IMG/VR virus record: IMGVR_UViG_3300035661_000073
Coordinates: 1-57,883 of that record
Reading direction: 5' to 3' (one strand)
Source: a virus
Lineage: Duplodnaviria > Caudoviricetes
Length of the DNA: 57,883 nucleotides
Shown: one piece after another, positions 33,720 to 42,870 of the stretch
How the letters are laid out: the number at the start of each line of letters is the position of its first letter
Numbering within the stretch: the first letter of the stretch is position 1
Translations under genes and position numbers: made by a program
The notes under the pieces: generated by a model
Seen by the model: only the letters and a program-made list of their open reading frames with translations
What the model was told of the DNA's origin: nothing
Databases searched by the model: none

Positions 33720-34037
33720 ATGATCTCCGTCTCGCACCACACCGTCGGCGGCCCGGTCACCGGAACCATCCTCCGGGGCCGGGAACCGATGCCGTGGCTG
33801 CTGTTCACCATCACCACCCACGCCCAAGTCTGGGATAGGAACGGCAAGCCGGTGACCTATCCCGTGAAGGAACGAGTCCTCGTTCAGGGCGCCGCCAATG
33901 TGCAGGCCCTGGCTGACCGTATTCGCCCGGGGGTGTCAGTGCTGGCCATCGGCCAGGGAGTCCCCGCCCATGTTGTGGCGGCGGACGCCGATGTCCGAGG
34001 GTCCGTACTTCTCGCCCAACTCATACAAACCGTCTAG
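33720..34037 (+). CDS. SSB/PriB-like OB-fold protein lacking acidic tail
   Basis: Pattern 'FTITT...WDRNG...RVLVQG...ADRIRPGVSVLAIG' aligns by eye with the SSB core. Confidence 0.5.
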   Translation: MISVSHHTVGGPVTGTILRGREPMPWLLFTITTHAQVWDRNGKPVTYPVKERVLVQGAANVQALADRIRPGVSVLAIGQGVPAHVVAADADVRGSVLLAQLIQTV

Positions 34038-34045
34038 GAGGAGTC

Positions 34046-34486
34046 ATGGAGTTGCAATGCCCCCACTGTGGGTTCTGGGTCCCTGTCACCGGAGCCGGTT
34101 CCAAGATGGTCGTGAAGAAGAAAGGCAGCGCCCGTCCCCTGAAAGACCCCGATGCACCGCCGCCGCCCAAGAAGGGGCTGAAGGAACTCCTGGGGGACCA
34201 CTATGACCAGTACTGGATCCTCGCGTCGCTGTGGACCAAGGACAAGAACCATCGCCCGATGGAGTCGGCCATGCGCTACATGGACCACATCCATGTCGGC
34301 GCCACCGATGCCCAGATCCTGGCCGAGGGGCACCGTCTCAAGCGCACCACCAGCGATCCGAAGTATATGCCGCAACTGGCCAAGTGGCTTGCCGGTCAGG
34401 ACTTCCTCGCCGCCCCGCCGCCCGACCTGCCCACCGGTACGGAAGGCACCCCGAACCGCTGGCAGGGGAGGGCCCATGCAGAATAG
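34046..34486 (+). CDS. Putative replication initiator/organiser (N-terminal CxxC)
   Basis: 'KYMPQLAKWLAG' resembles the YIPxPxTWLN motif; immediately upstream of a DnaC-like gene. Confidence 0.55.
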   Translation: MELQCPHCGFWVPVTGAGSKMVVKKKGSARPLKDPDAPPPPKKGLKELLGDHYDQYWILASLWTKDKNHRPMESAMRYMDHIHVGATDAQILAEGHRLKRTTSDPKYMPQLAKWLAGQDFLAAPPPDLPTGTEGTPNRWQGRAHAE

Positions 34487-35225
34487 GGCCCTGCCACCGC
34501 CAATCCTCAACCTGAATCTGCAACGGCAGTTGGACTTCGAGGAAATTTTCGAAGCCGACCAGGCGGAAGGGTTCGCATCCCGGATCCGCGCCGAGTTGTT
34601 CGCCATCGGAGTCCCGCCGCGCCTGCAAAAGGCCGGTCTAGATCTGGTGCCGGGGGCGGTCAAGGCCCTGAAAAGCTGGCAGGAATTCCCGATCCGGAAC
34701 CTGGGTCTGGTGGGTCCTCCGGGGTGCGGCAAGTCCATGGCTCTGGTCTACCGGATGATCCAGACGATGCGCCAGGAGATGGCCGAGGCCGGCCCCCGGA
34801 GGATCGAGGAGACCGAGAAGGGGCCGCGCCAGGTCGTGCCCAGCCTCAAGACCGAGTTCAAGTGGATCGGCTGGCCGGCCATGGCCCGCCGCATGAAATC
34901 GCTGGCCGCACAGAAGCGGTGGGATGACCCCGCCGTCACCGTGGAACCCCTGCTGACCTGGATCAAACAGTGGCCGGAGCGCCGGGTCCTGGTCATGGAC
35001 GACATCGGTGAGGAAAACCCTGGCGGCTACCCGTCCGAGCAGCTGGCCCTGCTGGTGGACGAGGCGGACGGCTATGAGGGCCGGGTGTTCTGGACTTCCA
35101 ACCATACCGTCGAGCAGTTGGGGGAGTTGTACTCCCACCGACTGGTGAGCCGGCTGACCGGGATGAGCCCGGATGCTGTGCTCCCGCCCGACCTACCCGA
35201 CCTTCGCATCAGGAGGAGCGAATGA
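34476..35225 (+). CDS. DnaC/IstB-like AAA+ helicase loader
   Basis: Walker A GPPGCGKS, Walker B VLVMDDIG, 'WTSN', 'RLVSRL'. Confidence 0.85.
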   Translation: MQNRALPPPILNLNLQRQLDFEEIFEADQAEGFASRIRAELFAIGVPPRLQKAGLDLVPGAVKALKSWQEFPIRNLGLVGPPGCGKSMALVYRMIQTMRQEMAEAGPRRIEETEKGPRQVVPSLKTEFKWIGWPAMARRMKSLAAQKRWDDPAVTVEPLLTWIKQWPERRVLVMDDIGEENPGGYPSEQLALLVDEADGYEGRVFWTSNHTVEQLGELYSHRLVSRLTGMSPDAVLPPDLPDLRIRRSE

Positions 35226-35304
35226 CCACTACCGACAACATGAAGGTGCTCATGGGGATGCTGATCGTCGGCGGGTTGTTCGCCATTCTGCTGGGGCAGT
35301 TCCG

Positions 35305-35625
35305 GTGAATCGCCACTCCGGCCTCATCCCACTACGGGGCGGCAACGAGGCCCGGATGGACCTGGCCTTCCCCAAGGACATCGAGGCCACCTGCTACTAC
35401 TGCGGTGACCCGATCCTGATCCGGTCCTGCGAGCGGGCCGATCCGCCCGACTACCACCTGATCACCGCCATCAACGAGATCAAGCCCATCGCCACCTGTG
35501 GCAAACATCCCTGTGTCTGGAAAGACACCGAACGCCAGGACGCGCTGTTCAACTACGTGCTGCGCGAACAGAACCTAAACAAACCGGCCGGCCTTCCGGC
35601 CCCGCATGGAGTAACCCGCTCATGA
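35305..35625 (+). CDS. Small zinc-binding protein
   Basis: CYYC...CGKHPC; GTG start overlaps the upstream stop. Confidence 0.55.
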   Translation: MNRHSGLIPLRGGNEARMDLAFPKDIEATCYYCGDPILIRSCERADPPDYHLITAINEIKPIATCGKHPCVWKDTERQDALFNYVLREQNLNKPAGLPAPHGVTRS

Positions 35626-36947
35626 TCGACCCCAATGACCTCTCCTCCGCCCTCCGGGGCATCCTCCTCCTGCACAAGTCGGAGAACTTGACGCGCAATG
35701 TGCTGGCCATGCTGGGCCTGGCCCAGCTGGATTTCGGCGGGCCGGTCCGCATCATCTGGGACACCGAGGAGATCACCGTCGAGGCCAAGCCCATGGCCCC
35801 GGTCTGCACCTGTCTGGCCGAGCCCAAGGACCCGAAGGTCTACCGGGTGAAGGACGACCTGCACTCCACCCGGTGTCACCTGGCCATGTGGGACCACCTG
35901 ATCCGCCACCCCTGGTTGGTGGAGATGGACAGCGACGACGACCAGGCGCTCTATTCCTTCCAGTGGCCCCGGGACATTTCCGCCTACCGCGCCACCATCC
36001 AGGCCACCTTCGGGGAGTTGGACGATGACGCTCTATGGGCCAACTTCCAGCGGTCCTGGCAGGGCATCGTGGATCGGATGCCGGAGCCGCGCCCGTCCCT
36101 GGCGGACCGGACCATGGGGACCGGGGACATCCAGGAGCAGGCGGTGGGGGTGGAAGCCCCACTGGAGCCCCAGGAAGTGAGCGCGGTGGGCATGGACTTC
36201 GGGGACCTGGACTTCGACGCCCTGCCGGCTCCGGCCGACGCGCCGACCCAGGAGGCTGACTTCGAGCCGCCCATGGTGGCGATCCTGGAGCAGCCGCACA
36301 CCCCGGCCAAGCGGGTGCTGGTGGTGGAGACAACCGCCGAGCCCGGGAGCGAACTGACCGTGGTGCATGGCGCCGGCAACCCGGCGGTGGAGGCCGCTGC
36401 CCAGGCGGTGCTGGACGCCCAGGAAACCAAACGGGGTCGGGGGCGACCGAAGGGCACCGGCAAGCACCAGAAGGCCAGGGCCATCGAATCTGACCCCGGG
36501 GCGGTGGAACCCGAGGCCGAGGGTCAGCCCATCCCCGCCTGCAAGCGGTTCGCCCTGCTGTTCCTGGAGGAGATCGACCGCCTGACCACCGAGGCCGAGG
36601 CCATCGGCACCGCCGACAAGTTCCCCATCGACCAGATCCGCGACCTGAAAACCAGCCTGGACCGGATGGCCCTGCGGGCGGCCCACCTCGAATTCCGGGG
36701 CGCCCACAACCTGGACGACCCGTCCGCCATCAACCCGCTGATCGAGGTGTCCCTGGCTAACGTCACCGCCCAGGTCAACGCGGCGGTGCGGGACCTGGGT
36801 CTGGCGCCCGAGAAGCCCAAGACCTGGGAGGACTTCCAGAAGAACGTCAAGGAGGCGGTGGAACTCTCGAAGGATGTGCTGGGGGTGATGTCCCAGATGG
36901 GCGCGGCCCCGGCGATCCAGGAGTCCGCGAAACCGGCGGCGGCATGA
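35622..36947 (+). CDS. Hypothetical protein with AT-hook motif
   Basis: 441 aa, coupled at both ends; 'KRGRGRPKG'. Confidence 0.7.
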   Translation: MIDPNDLSSALRGILLLHKSENLTRNVLAMLGLAQLDFGGPVRIIWDTEEITVEAKPMAPVCTCLAEPKDPKVYRVKDDLHSTRCHLAMWDHLIRHPWLVEMDSDDDQALYSFQWPRDISAYRATIQATFGELDDDALWANFQRSWQGIVDRMPEPRPSLADRTMGTGDIQEQAVGVEAPLEPQEVSAVGMDFGDLDFDALPAPADAPTQEADFEPPMVAILEQPHTPAKRVLVVETTAEPGSELTVVHGAGNPAVEAAAQAVLDAQETKRGRGRPKGTGKHQKARAIESDPGAVEPEAEGQPIPACKRFALLFLEEIDRLTTEAEAIGTADKFPIDQIRDLKTSLDRMALRAAHLEFRGAHNLDDPSAINPLIEVSLANVTAQVNAAVRDLGLAPEKPKTWEDFQKNVKEAVELSKDVLGVMSQMGAAPAIQESAKPAAA

Positions 36948-37363
36948 GCCTGCTGCGCGAGCCGTCATCCGAGCCGACCCGCTGGGAGCAGTTGACCCGG
37001 CGGCCCAAGGCGGTGCCCAAGGCCCGCAACATGGCCCGCGACAAAGACCGCCTTTTCGACAACAAACTGGAGGCGGACTATGCCGAGCACCTGGAGGCGG
37101 AGCGCCAGGCCGGACGGATCGCCCGCTGGTGGCCCAAGCCGTTCAAGGTGCGCCTGGCCAACCGCTGCTGGTATGAGGCGGACTTCCTGGTGCAACTCCC
37201 GGACGGTGCGCTTGAAATACATGAAACGAAAGGCTTTATGCGGGATGACGCGCTGCTGAAGTTGAAGTTCCTGGTGCAGACCTACCCCTTCAACCTGGTG
37301 GTCATCACCAAGGGGAAGGTGCGCGGCGGCTACGTCTGGAACGAGCAACCTTTCCTTCCTTAA
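36944..37363 (+). CDS. PD-(D/E)XK nuclease (DUF1064-like, putative resolvase)
   Basis: 'NKLEADY..L...YEADFLV...IHETKGF'. Confidence 0.8.
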   Translation: MSLLREPSSEPTRWEQLTRRPKAVPKARNMARDKDRLFDNKLEADYAEHLEAERQAGRIARWWPKPFKVRLANRCWYEADFLVQLPDGALEIHETKGFMRDDALLKLKFLVQTYPFNLVVITKGKVRGGYVWNEQPFLP

Positions 37364-37455
37364 TTGGTGGCAGATGTTGATCATCAGCATTAAAATTAAT
37401 CTGTTCCTGATCACCCCGCCGGGGGGTGTCCCGGCCTTTTGCGAGGAGACCGACA

Positions 37456-37581
37456 ATGGCCAAGAACATGATTCAGGAGGAGGGCATGAAGGGGCCCGCC
37501 GCCGGCAAGCCCGGCAGCAAGGATACGAAGGTCAAGAAGGCCGGCGCCAAGCACCCCAAGCCCAAGAAGAAGGGCAAGTAG
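37456..37581 (+). CDS. Lysine-rich microprotein (41 aa, not in ORF track)
   Basis: GAGGAG RBS; MAKNMIQEEGMKGPAAGKPGSKDTKVKKAGAKHPKPKKKGK; strong GC3 bias. Confidence 0.65.
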   Translation: MAKNMIQEEGMKGPAAGKPGSKDTKVKKAGAKHPKPKKKGK

Positions 37582-37590
37582 GAGGCGGTC

Positions 37591-37728
37591 ATGGACGGCA
37601 AGTGCCCGGACTTCAACCCGAAGAACCCCAAGCCCTACATGGACCACAAGCACAGCGGATCCGGCGAAGCGCCGCCGGTCGCCACCCCCAAGCGGGAAAG
37701 CGAGTCCACCAGCAAGAAGCGGAAGTAG
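37591..37728 (+). CDS. Basic microprotein (45 aa, not in ORF track)
   Basis: AGGAGG RBS; MDGKCPDFNPKNPKPYMDHKHSGSGEAPPVATPKRESESTSKKRK. Confidence 0.65.
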   Translation: MDGKCPDFNPKNPKPYMDHKHSGSGEAPPVATPKRESESTSKKRK

Positions 37729-37792
37729 GGAGCGGGTTCACTCACGGGGCCGCTCTGATCAACAGGGCGGCCCCGTCTCCTGGCAGGGAGCG

Positions 37793-38209
37793 GTGATGGA
37801 CTGGAGCGCCGATCTGGACTTCGATTGGGCGGGCGACCTGGACTTCGACGCCGCGCCCGTGGGCGACCCGCGCTACCCCGCCGACCTCCAGCACCCCGTC
37901 CTGGTCTGGGATGACCAGGAAGAAGACTTGCAGGGCGCCGCGCTGTCCTGGCTGCTCCAGTGGCGCGTCAAGAACCCGTTCACCCTGGGGACGGGCAACA
38001 CCTCCAAGTTCCGGGACCGCCCGGAATCCGAACTGCTCTGGAAGGCTCATGGCGAGAAGATGGCCGACTGGGCATGGCTGGAGAAGGGCGGCCTGAATCT
38101 GGTCGCCATGGAAAAACTCATGCTCAAGCGCCATGCCATTCGCGTGTCGCTGCGACCGCCGTACAACCCCAATGCTCCGGTGTGTGCCGGGGCTCTCAAG
38201 GAGAAGTGA
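37793..38209 (+). CDS. Hypothetical protein
   Basis: GGAG RBS; Trp-rich. Confidence 0.65.
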   Translation: MMDWSADLDFDWAGDLDFDAAPVGDPRYPADLQHPVLVWDDQEEDLQGAALSWLLQWRVKNPFTLGTGNTSKFRDRPESELLWKAHGEKMADWAWLEKGGLNLVAMEKLMLKRHAIRVSLRPPYNPNAPVCAGALKEK

Positions 38210-38210
38210 C

Positions 38211-38642
38211 ATGGCAGCCCTCAATAAAGTCATCCTGATCGGCAACCTTGGGCAGGACCCCGAGATCAAGGCCACCCCGTCCGGGGACACCATGGCCCGG
38301 TTCTCCCTGGCCACCACCGAGACCTGGAAGAACCCCGAGGGGGAGAAGCAGTCCAAGACCGAGTGGCACAACTGCGTGGTGTTCGGGAAGTCGGCCGACA
38401 CCATGGCCGCCTACTGCCGGAAGGGCCAGCAACTTTGCGTGGAAGGCAAGATCGAGTACCGCAAGTACACCGATCAGGCAGGCGTGGAGAAGACGGGCAC
38501 CAACATCCGGGTCCACAACTTCGTCATGCTGGGCAAGAAAGACGACGCCGGGGAGGACGGGGGTGAACCCCGCCAGCCGGCCGCGTCCGCGCCGAAGCCG
38601 GCCCAGGCCGCGCTGGGCTACGAAGACGACATCACGTTCTGA
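38211..38642 (+). CDS. ssb: Single-stranded DNA-binding protein
   Basis: 'LNKVILIGNLGQDPE...FSLATTE...KTEWHNCVVFGK...KGQQLCVEG'; acidic tail EDDITF. Confidence 0.97.
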   Translation: MAALNKVILIGNLGQDPEIKATPSGDTMARFSLATTETWKNPEGEKQSKTEWHNCVVFGKSADTMAAYCRKGQQLCVEGKIEYRKYTDQAGVEKTGTNIRVHNFVMLGKKDDAGEDGGEPRQPAASAPKPAQAALGYEDDITF

Positions 38643-38649
38643 GGACGCC

Positions 38650-38841
38650 ATGAGCCTGACCACTAAGATTGTTTCCGGCAATCCACCCACGGCGCCCCGG
38701 CCCCGCACCACCTTCGAGGAGGAGCAGAAGATGGCCGCCCTGTTCGGGATCAAGTTGCGCCCGCCGCGCAACCCGTTCGCTGCCCGCGAGCCATTGCAGA
38801 GTTGGGATCTCGCCAACGGAGGGTCGCATGGCATCGTATGA
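38650..38841 (+). CDS. Hypothetical protein
   Basis: GAGG RBS. Confidence 0.5.
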   Translation: MSLTTKIVSGNPPTAPRPRTTFEEEQKMAALFGIKLRPPRNPFAAREPLQSWDLANGGSHGIV

Positions 38842-39013
38842 CCCCAGCCTCACCTTTGACGCCAACGCCCGGGCGCTGAACGAGAACCGCAGCCCAGGCA
38901 AGGAGTCCGACATCTCCAGGGCGTTGAAGGACGCCTACGAGGACGGCTGGCATGACGCCCGTGCGAAGCAATTGGCCGGGCTGGAGATCAGCGAATGTCC
39001 AGACAAGTGGTGA
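38828..39013 (+). CDS. Hypothetical protein
   Basis: GGAGG RBS; 'AYEDGW' motif. Confidence 0.55.
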   Translation: MASYDPSLTFDANARALNENRSPGKESDISRALKDAYEDGWHDARAKQLAGLEISECPDKW

Positions 39014-39112
39014 GCCCCGACGCCCCAAGGGAGCGTGATTGGGAGGATGACCCGGACGACGGGCGCATCACCGAGTCCAACCTCGGAACCTGCCCCGAGC
39101 ATGAAACCGGAG

Positions 39113-39610
39113 ATGGCGATGACGACTGAGACCCTGTGCCCCCTGTTCCTGGCCCTGCGCCGGGTCGCCCTGATCGCCGCCGCCAAGCGGGTGTTCTGGG
39201 GCTGCAAGGACCCCATCCCGGTCATCCCGGCCTGGCCGGGCATCTACCAGCCCCCGGTCAAGGGTGTCCTCCTCACCAAGCCGGTCAGCGACCGCCCCAA
39301 GCGTCGGGCCACCCCGCGCACCAACATCAAGCGTCCCGGCGCCTACTCCAGCGCGTCATGCGACCTGGCCCCGGGGACCTTGGTGCCGGCCGTCCGGGGC
39401 GTCGGCAGGATCGTCGCCCTGATCCCCATGGGGGCCAACCCGATGGACAGCGTCCCCCCGGGCACCAAGAACCGCTACCTGCCCCACGCCCACAACCGCT
39501 ACCCGGCCCAGATCCCGCGCTACTGCCTGGCCATCACCCTGCACGACGGGATCCACTACCAATTCCCGAAGGCCAGCGTGGCGGAACGCTTGGCCAAACT
39601 GGTGTCATGA
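39113..39610 (+). CDS. Hypothetical basic protein (start uncertain)
   Basis: GGAG RBS; good GC3 bias; coupled to the next gene. Confidence 0.6.
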   Translation: MAMTTETLCPLFLALRRVALIAAAKRVFWGCKDPIPVIPAWPGIYQPPVKGVLLTKPVSDRPKRRATPRTNIKRPGAYSSASCDLAPGTLVPAVRGVGRIVALIPMGANPMDSVPPGTKNRYLPHAHNRYPAQIPRYCLAITLHDGIHYQFPKASVAERLAKLVS

Positions 39611-39849
39611 TGCACCACAACTTGAAGATAGACCCCGAATTCATGACTGCCAAGTTGGCCGGTCTCAAACCCTGGGAGATCCGGTCCGAGGAAGACCGCC
39701 GGTTCGGGCCCGGCGACACCGTGACCTTCCAGGAGTACGACCAGGAAACATCGTCCTACACTGGGCGCACCCATGGGCCCCGGGGAATCATCTACGTCCA
39801 CCGGCCCAAGTCCGCCGCGCCCGGCTACGCCATTTTCACGCACACATAG
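39607..39849 (+). CDS. DUF3850/ASCH (PUA-like) domain protein
   Basis: 'HNLKIDPEF...GLKPWEIRSEEDRRFGPGD...EYD...YTGR'. Confidence 0.85.
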   Translation: MMHHNLKIDPEFMTAKLAGLKPWEIRSEEDRRFGPGDTVTFQEYDQETSSYTGRTHGPRGIIYVHRPKSAAPGYAIFTHT

Positions 39850-39897
39850 TTTGCCCCTCCCTAAATCAGCCTATAATTTAGGCTAAAGGAGGGACCC

Positions 39898-40317
39898 ATG
39901 CTGTTCCTGAGCGACCTGTTCTCCCACCCCGGCAGTCTCGATCACGAGCGGCGGGCCCAGATCACCCGCATCGTCGTGCGCTGGTCCTGGGCCGCCGTCG
40001 GGGTGTTCCTGATCGCCGCCTTTGTCCTGGGCTTCCTGCTGGTCCCGGACAAGGGCGCGCTCTACGACATGGTGCTCCAGTCCCGGTGGGCCTTGTTCCG
40101 GCTGGTGGTGGGCCTGGGCCTGATCGTGATCGGGACCTACGCCGCCCTGGTGATCTACAACGCCCTGGAGAACACCGAGACCGGCAAGCGCCTGATCGTC
40201 CCGGATGAGACCGACTTCTCTGGCCTGCACACCATCAAGGTCAGCAACGCCGGGACCATCCTGGGGTTCCTGTTCTTCGCCTGCGTAGGCGGGCTGCTGC
40301 TCGGTGTCTTGAGATGA
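39898..40317 (+). CDS. Membrane protein, holin candidate
   Basis: Three hydrophobic segments; AAGGAGG RBS; directly before the endolysin. Confidence 0.6.
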   Translation: MLFLSDLFSHPGSLDHERRAQITRIVVRWSWAAVGVFLIAAFVLGFLLVPDKGALYDMVLQSRWALFRLVVGLGLIVIGTYAALVIYNALENTETGKRLIVPDETDFSGLHTIKVSNAGTILGFLFFACVGGLLLGVLR

Positions 40318-40871
40318 GCGCCAAATCCTGGCCCCTGACCATCATCCTGTGGTTGGGGGTGCTGGTCATCCTGTTCGGCGCACCGGTCAAACCGGCCAAG
40401 CCTGCTCCCGGAGAGGCGGTGCCCTGGCAGTCTACCTTCCAGCGGGTGGCCGGTCCCCGGTGGATAGAACGGGCCGCCCAGGTCGGCGCCGAATCCGGGT
40501 TCAATGCGTTGGCCATCTCCCCGGTCGGGGCCAAGGGTGGCGCCCAATTCATGGATGGGGCGTGGCACGACTGGGCCCGTCCCGGGGAGTCCCCGTTCGA
40601 TCCGAACGCCTTCATCCCGGCCCAGCACCGCTACATGTCCTGGCTGGAGGCCAAGGCCGGCCAGCGCCTGGGACCGGACGGCCGGCGTGATCCGGCCCTA
40701 TCCGGCTACAACTGGGGTTGGGGCAATGTCCAGCGGGTGCTGAACCGCTCCCGCGCCATGGGTTCCCCGGACCCACGCTTCTGGGTGAGTCTGCTTCCGA
40801 ATGAGACCAAGAACTACCTGCGGCACAATGACGACTTCAGGAGGCGCATCCAGGCCGCCTTGCGGCCATGA
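40314..40871 (+). CDS. Lytic transglycosylase (SLT) endolysin with N-terminal signal/SAR segment
   Basis: 'AESGFN..AISPVGAKGGAQFM', 'YNWGWGNV', 'LPNETKNY'; hydrophobic N-terminus. Confidence 0.9.
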   Translation: MSAKSWPLTIILWLGVLVILFGAPVKPAKPAPGEAVPWQSTFQRVAGPRWIERAAQVGAESGFNALAISPVGAKGGAQFMDGAWHDWARPGESPFDPNAFIPAQHRYMSWLEAKAGQRLGPDGRRDPALSGYNWGWGNVQRVLNRSRAMGSPDPRFWVSLLPNETKNYLRHNDDFRRRIQAALRP

Positions 40872-41038
40872 CCCCCAAGCCGGGGAGCGTCACCTGGACG
40901 ATGCTCCATTGGGAGGTGCCCCCGGTGCCGTACTCGCCCCGCTGCCCGAAGTGCGGAGCGCACCTGGGGACCAGCGAACTCTGGTGCCACTGGTGCTGGA
41001 CCTGCCTGGATGACAGCCAACTCCTAACGAGGGGATGA
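40868..41038 (+). CDS. Small zinc-finger protein (56 aa)
   Basis: CPKC...CHWC; ATGA overlap with the endolysin. Confidence 0.55.
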   Translation: MTPKPGSVTWTMLHWEVPPVPYSPRCPKCGAHLGTSELWCHWCWTCLDDSQLLTRG

Positions 41039-41053
41039 ACGAGCAGGAGCCCC

Positions 41054-42145
41054 ATGGCGACAATAGCCCTGAACATGATCGTCAAGGATGAGGCGGCCGT
41101 CATCCAGCGGTGCTTGGCCTCGGTGCGGCCCTGGATCGACACCTGGACCATCGTGGACACCGGTTCCAACGATGACACCCCGGCACTGATCGAACAGTCC
41201 CTGCGTGGCATCCCTGGGGAACTGTGCCACCAGCCCTGGGTGGACTTCGGACACAACCGCTCCGAGGCCATCGCCCTCGCCGGCACCCGGGCCGACTACC
41301 TGTTGTTCATCGACGCGGACGAGGAACTGGTCATGCCCCCGGGGTTCGTCTGGCCGGACCTGACCGCCGACGCATACTCGTTCAACCACCACTACGGGAA
41401 CCTGCACTACCATCGCGCCGCCTTGGCCCGGGCCCGCCTGCCGTGGCGGTTCGAGGGGGTGTTGCACGAGTATCTGGCCTGTGCCCAGCCTCACCAGATA
41501 CAGCGCCTGGAAGGCCCCACCATCCTGGTCCGGCCCGAGGGTTCGCGCAGCTCCGACCCGCACAAGTATGACAAGGACGCGGCGCTCCTAGCCGAAACCA
41601 TCAAACGCGACCCGGGCAACCACCGCCACTGGTTCTACCTGGCCCAGAGCTACCGGGACGGAGGGCGTTTGGCCGAGGCTCATGCCGCCTACCAGCGCCG
41701 CGCCGCCATGGGCGGGTGGGACGAGGAGGTGTGGTATTCCCTGTACCAGATCGCCAGGCTGAAAGAGGTGTTGGGGGCGCCGAAGCCGGAGGTGTTCCAG
41801 GCCCTGATCGCCGCCTACGAATACCGCCCCAGCCGGCCAGAAGGGGTGGGGTCCCTGGTCCGGTTTTGCCGGATGCAGGGGGACCACCACACCGCCCACG
41901 CCTACGCCCGGGTGGCCATGGACCTGCCGCCCTGCCAGGATGCGCTGTTCCTGGAACCCGATTGGCAGCGGTGGATGGTCGATGACGAGTACGGGATCAC
42001 CTGCTACTGGACCGGGCGCTACGCCGAGGCGGTGGCGTCATGCCGGCGGCTGCTGGCGAACCCCCACCTGCCCGACCGGGAGCGGGAACGGGTGGCCCGA
42101 AACCTGTCCTTTGCCGAACGAGCCCAAGTCGGAGGTGCCGCATGA
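41054..42145 (+). CDS. Glycosyltransferase family 2 with TPR repeats
   Basis: 'LNMIVKDE', 'VDTGSND', 'FIDADE', 'GVLHE'; TPR 'WFYLAQSYRD'. Confidence 0.9.
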   Translation: MATIALNMIVKDEAAVIQRCLASVRPWIDTWTIVDTGSNDDTPALIEQSLRGIPGELCHQPWVDFGHNRSEAIALAGTRADYLLFIDADEELVMPPGFVWPDLTADAYSFNHHYGNLHYHRAALARARLPWRFEGVLHEYLACAQPHQIQRLEGPTILVRPEGSRSSDPHKYDKDAALLAETIKRDPGNHRHWFYLAQSYRDGGRLAEAHAAYQRRAAMGGWDEEVWYSLYQIARLKEVLGAPKPEVFQALIAAYEYRPSRPEGVGSLVRFCRMQGDHHTAHAYARVAMDLPPCQDALFLEPDWQRWMVDDEYGITCYWTGRYAEAVASCRRLLANPHLPDRERERVARNLSFAERAQVGGAA

Positions 42146-42870
42146 TCGTGCCCAAGCCCATCCTGATCGCCTACGCCGCCGGAGCGGTGGCCGTGCTGCT
42201 GGCCGTGGCCCTGGTTTACCAGGCCGGCAAGTCCAGCCAGAAGGTGGCCCAGGCCCAGGCCGAGATCGTCGCCTACACCAAGGCCAACAAGGATCTGAAG
42301 GCCCAGAAGGTGGCCGCCGAGAAAGCCGCCGCCGTGGCGCTGGATCAGGCCAACGAGTGGAAGGCCAGGGCCGAGAAGGACGAGGCCGCCCTGAAGGTGG
42401 CCAAGGCCAAACTCGCCGCCCTGCCGCCGACCCATCCTCCCACCGCCCTGCCGTCCGTGCCCGCCGACCAGCAGACCCTGGCCACCGCCTTCGCCGCCGA
42501 GGGCTTCCCGCCGATCCTGGCCGGACCGAACCTCGCCTGGCCCCTGGACCTGTCCCGGCCGATGTACGCCCTAGTCAAGGACGGCAAGGAATACCCGGCC
42601 GCCATCGAGAAGATCGGCGCCCTGGAGGAGGTGGCCCAGGATCTCGCCGTCGCCAAGGAAGACCAGACCCGAAGGGCCGATGCCTTGGAATCGGCGCTGG
42701 GGAATTGCCAGACGGCAGGGCAGGCGGCCAACAGCATCATCACCAACGATGAGAAGATCATAAGCGACAAGGACAAGATCATCACCCAGGAGAAGCGTGG
42801 CAAGGTCCGATGGGGGGTTATGGGGATGATTCTGGGGTGGTTAGGCAAGGTTCTGGTGGCTGCCCTTTGA
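42142..42870 (+). CDS. Spanin-like membrane-anchored coiled-coil protein
   Basis: N-terminal TM, Ala/Lys coiled coils, second hydrophobic segment at the C-terminus; last gene of the lysis cassette. Confidence 0.55.
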   Translation: MIVPKPILIAYAAGAVAVLLAVALVYQAGKSSQKVAQAQAEIVAYTKANKDLKAQKVAAEKAAAVALDQANEWKARAEKDEAALKVAKAKLAALPPTHPPTALPSVPADQQTLATAFAAEGFPPILAGPNLAWPLDLSRPMYALVKDGKEYPAAIEKIGALEEVAQDLAVAKEDQTRRADALESALGNCQTAGQAANSIITNDEKIISDKDKIITQEKRGKVRWGVMGMILGWLGKVLVAAL

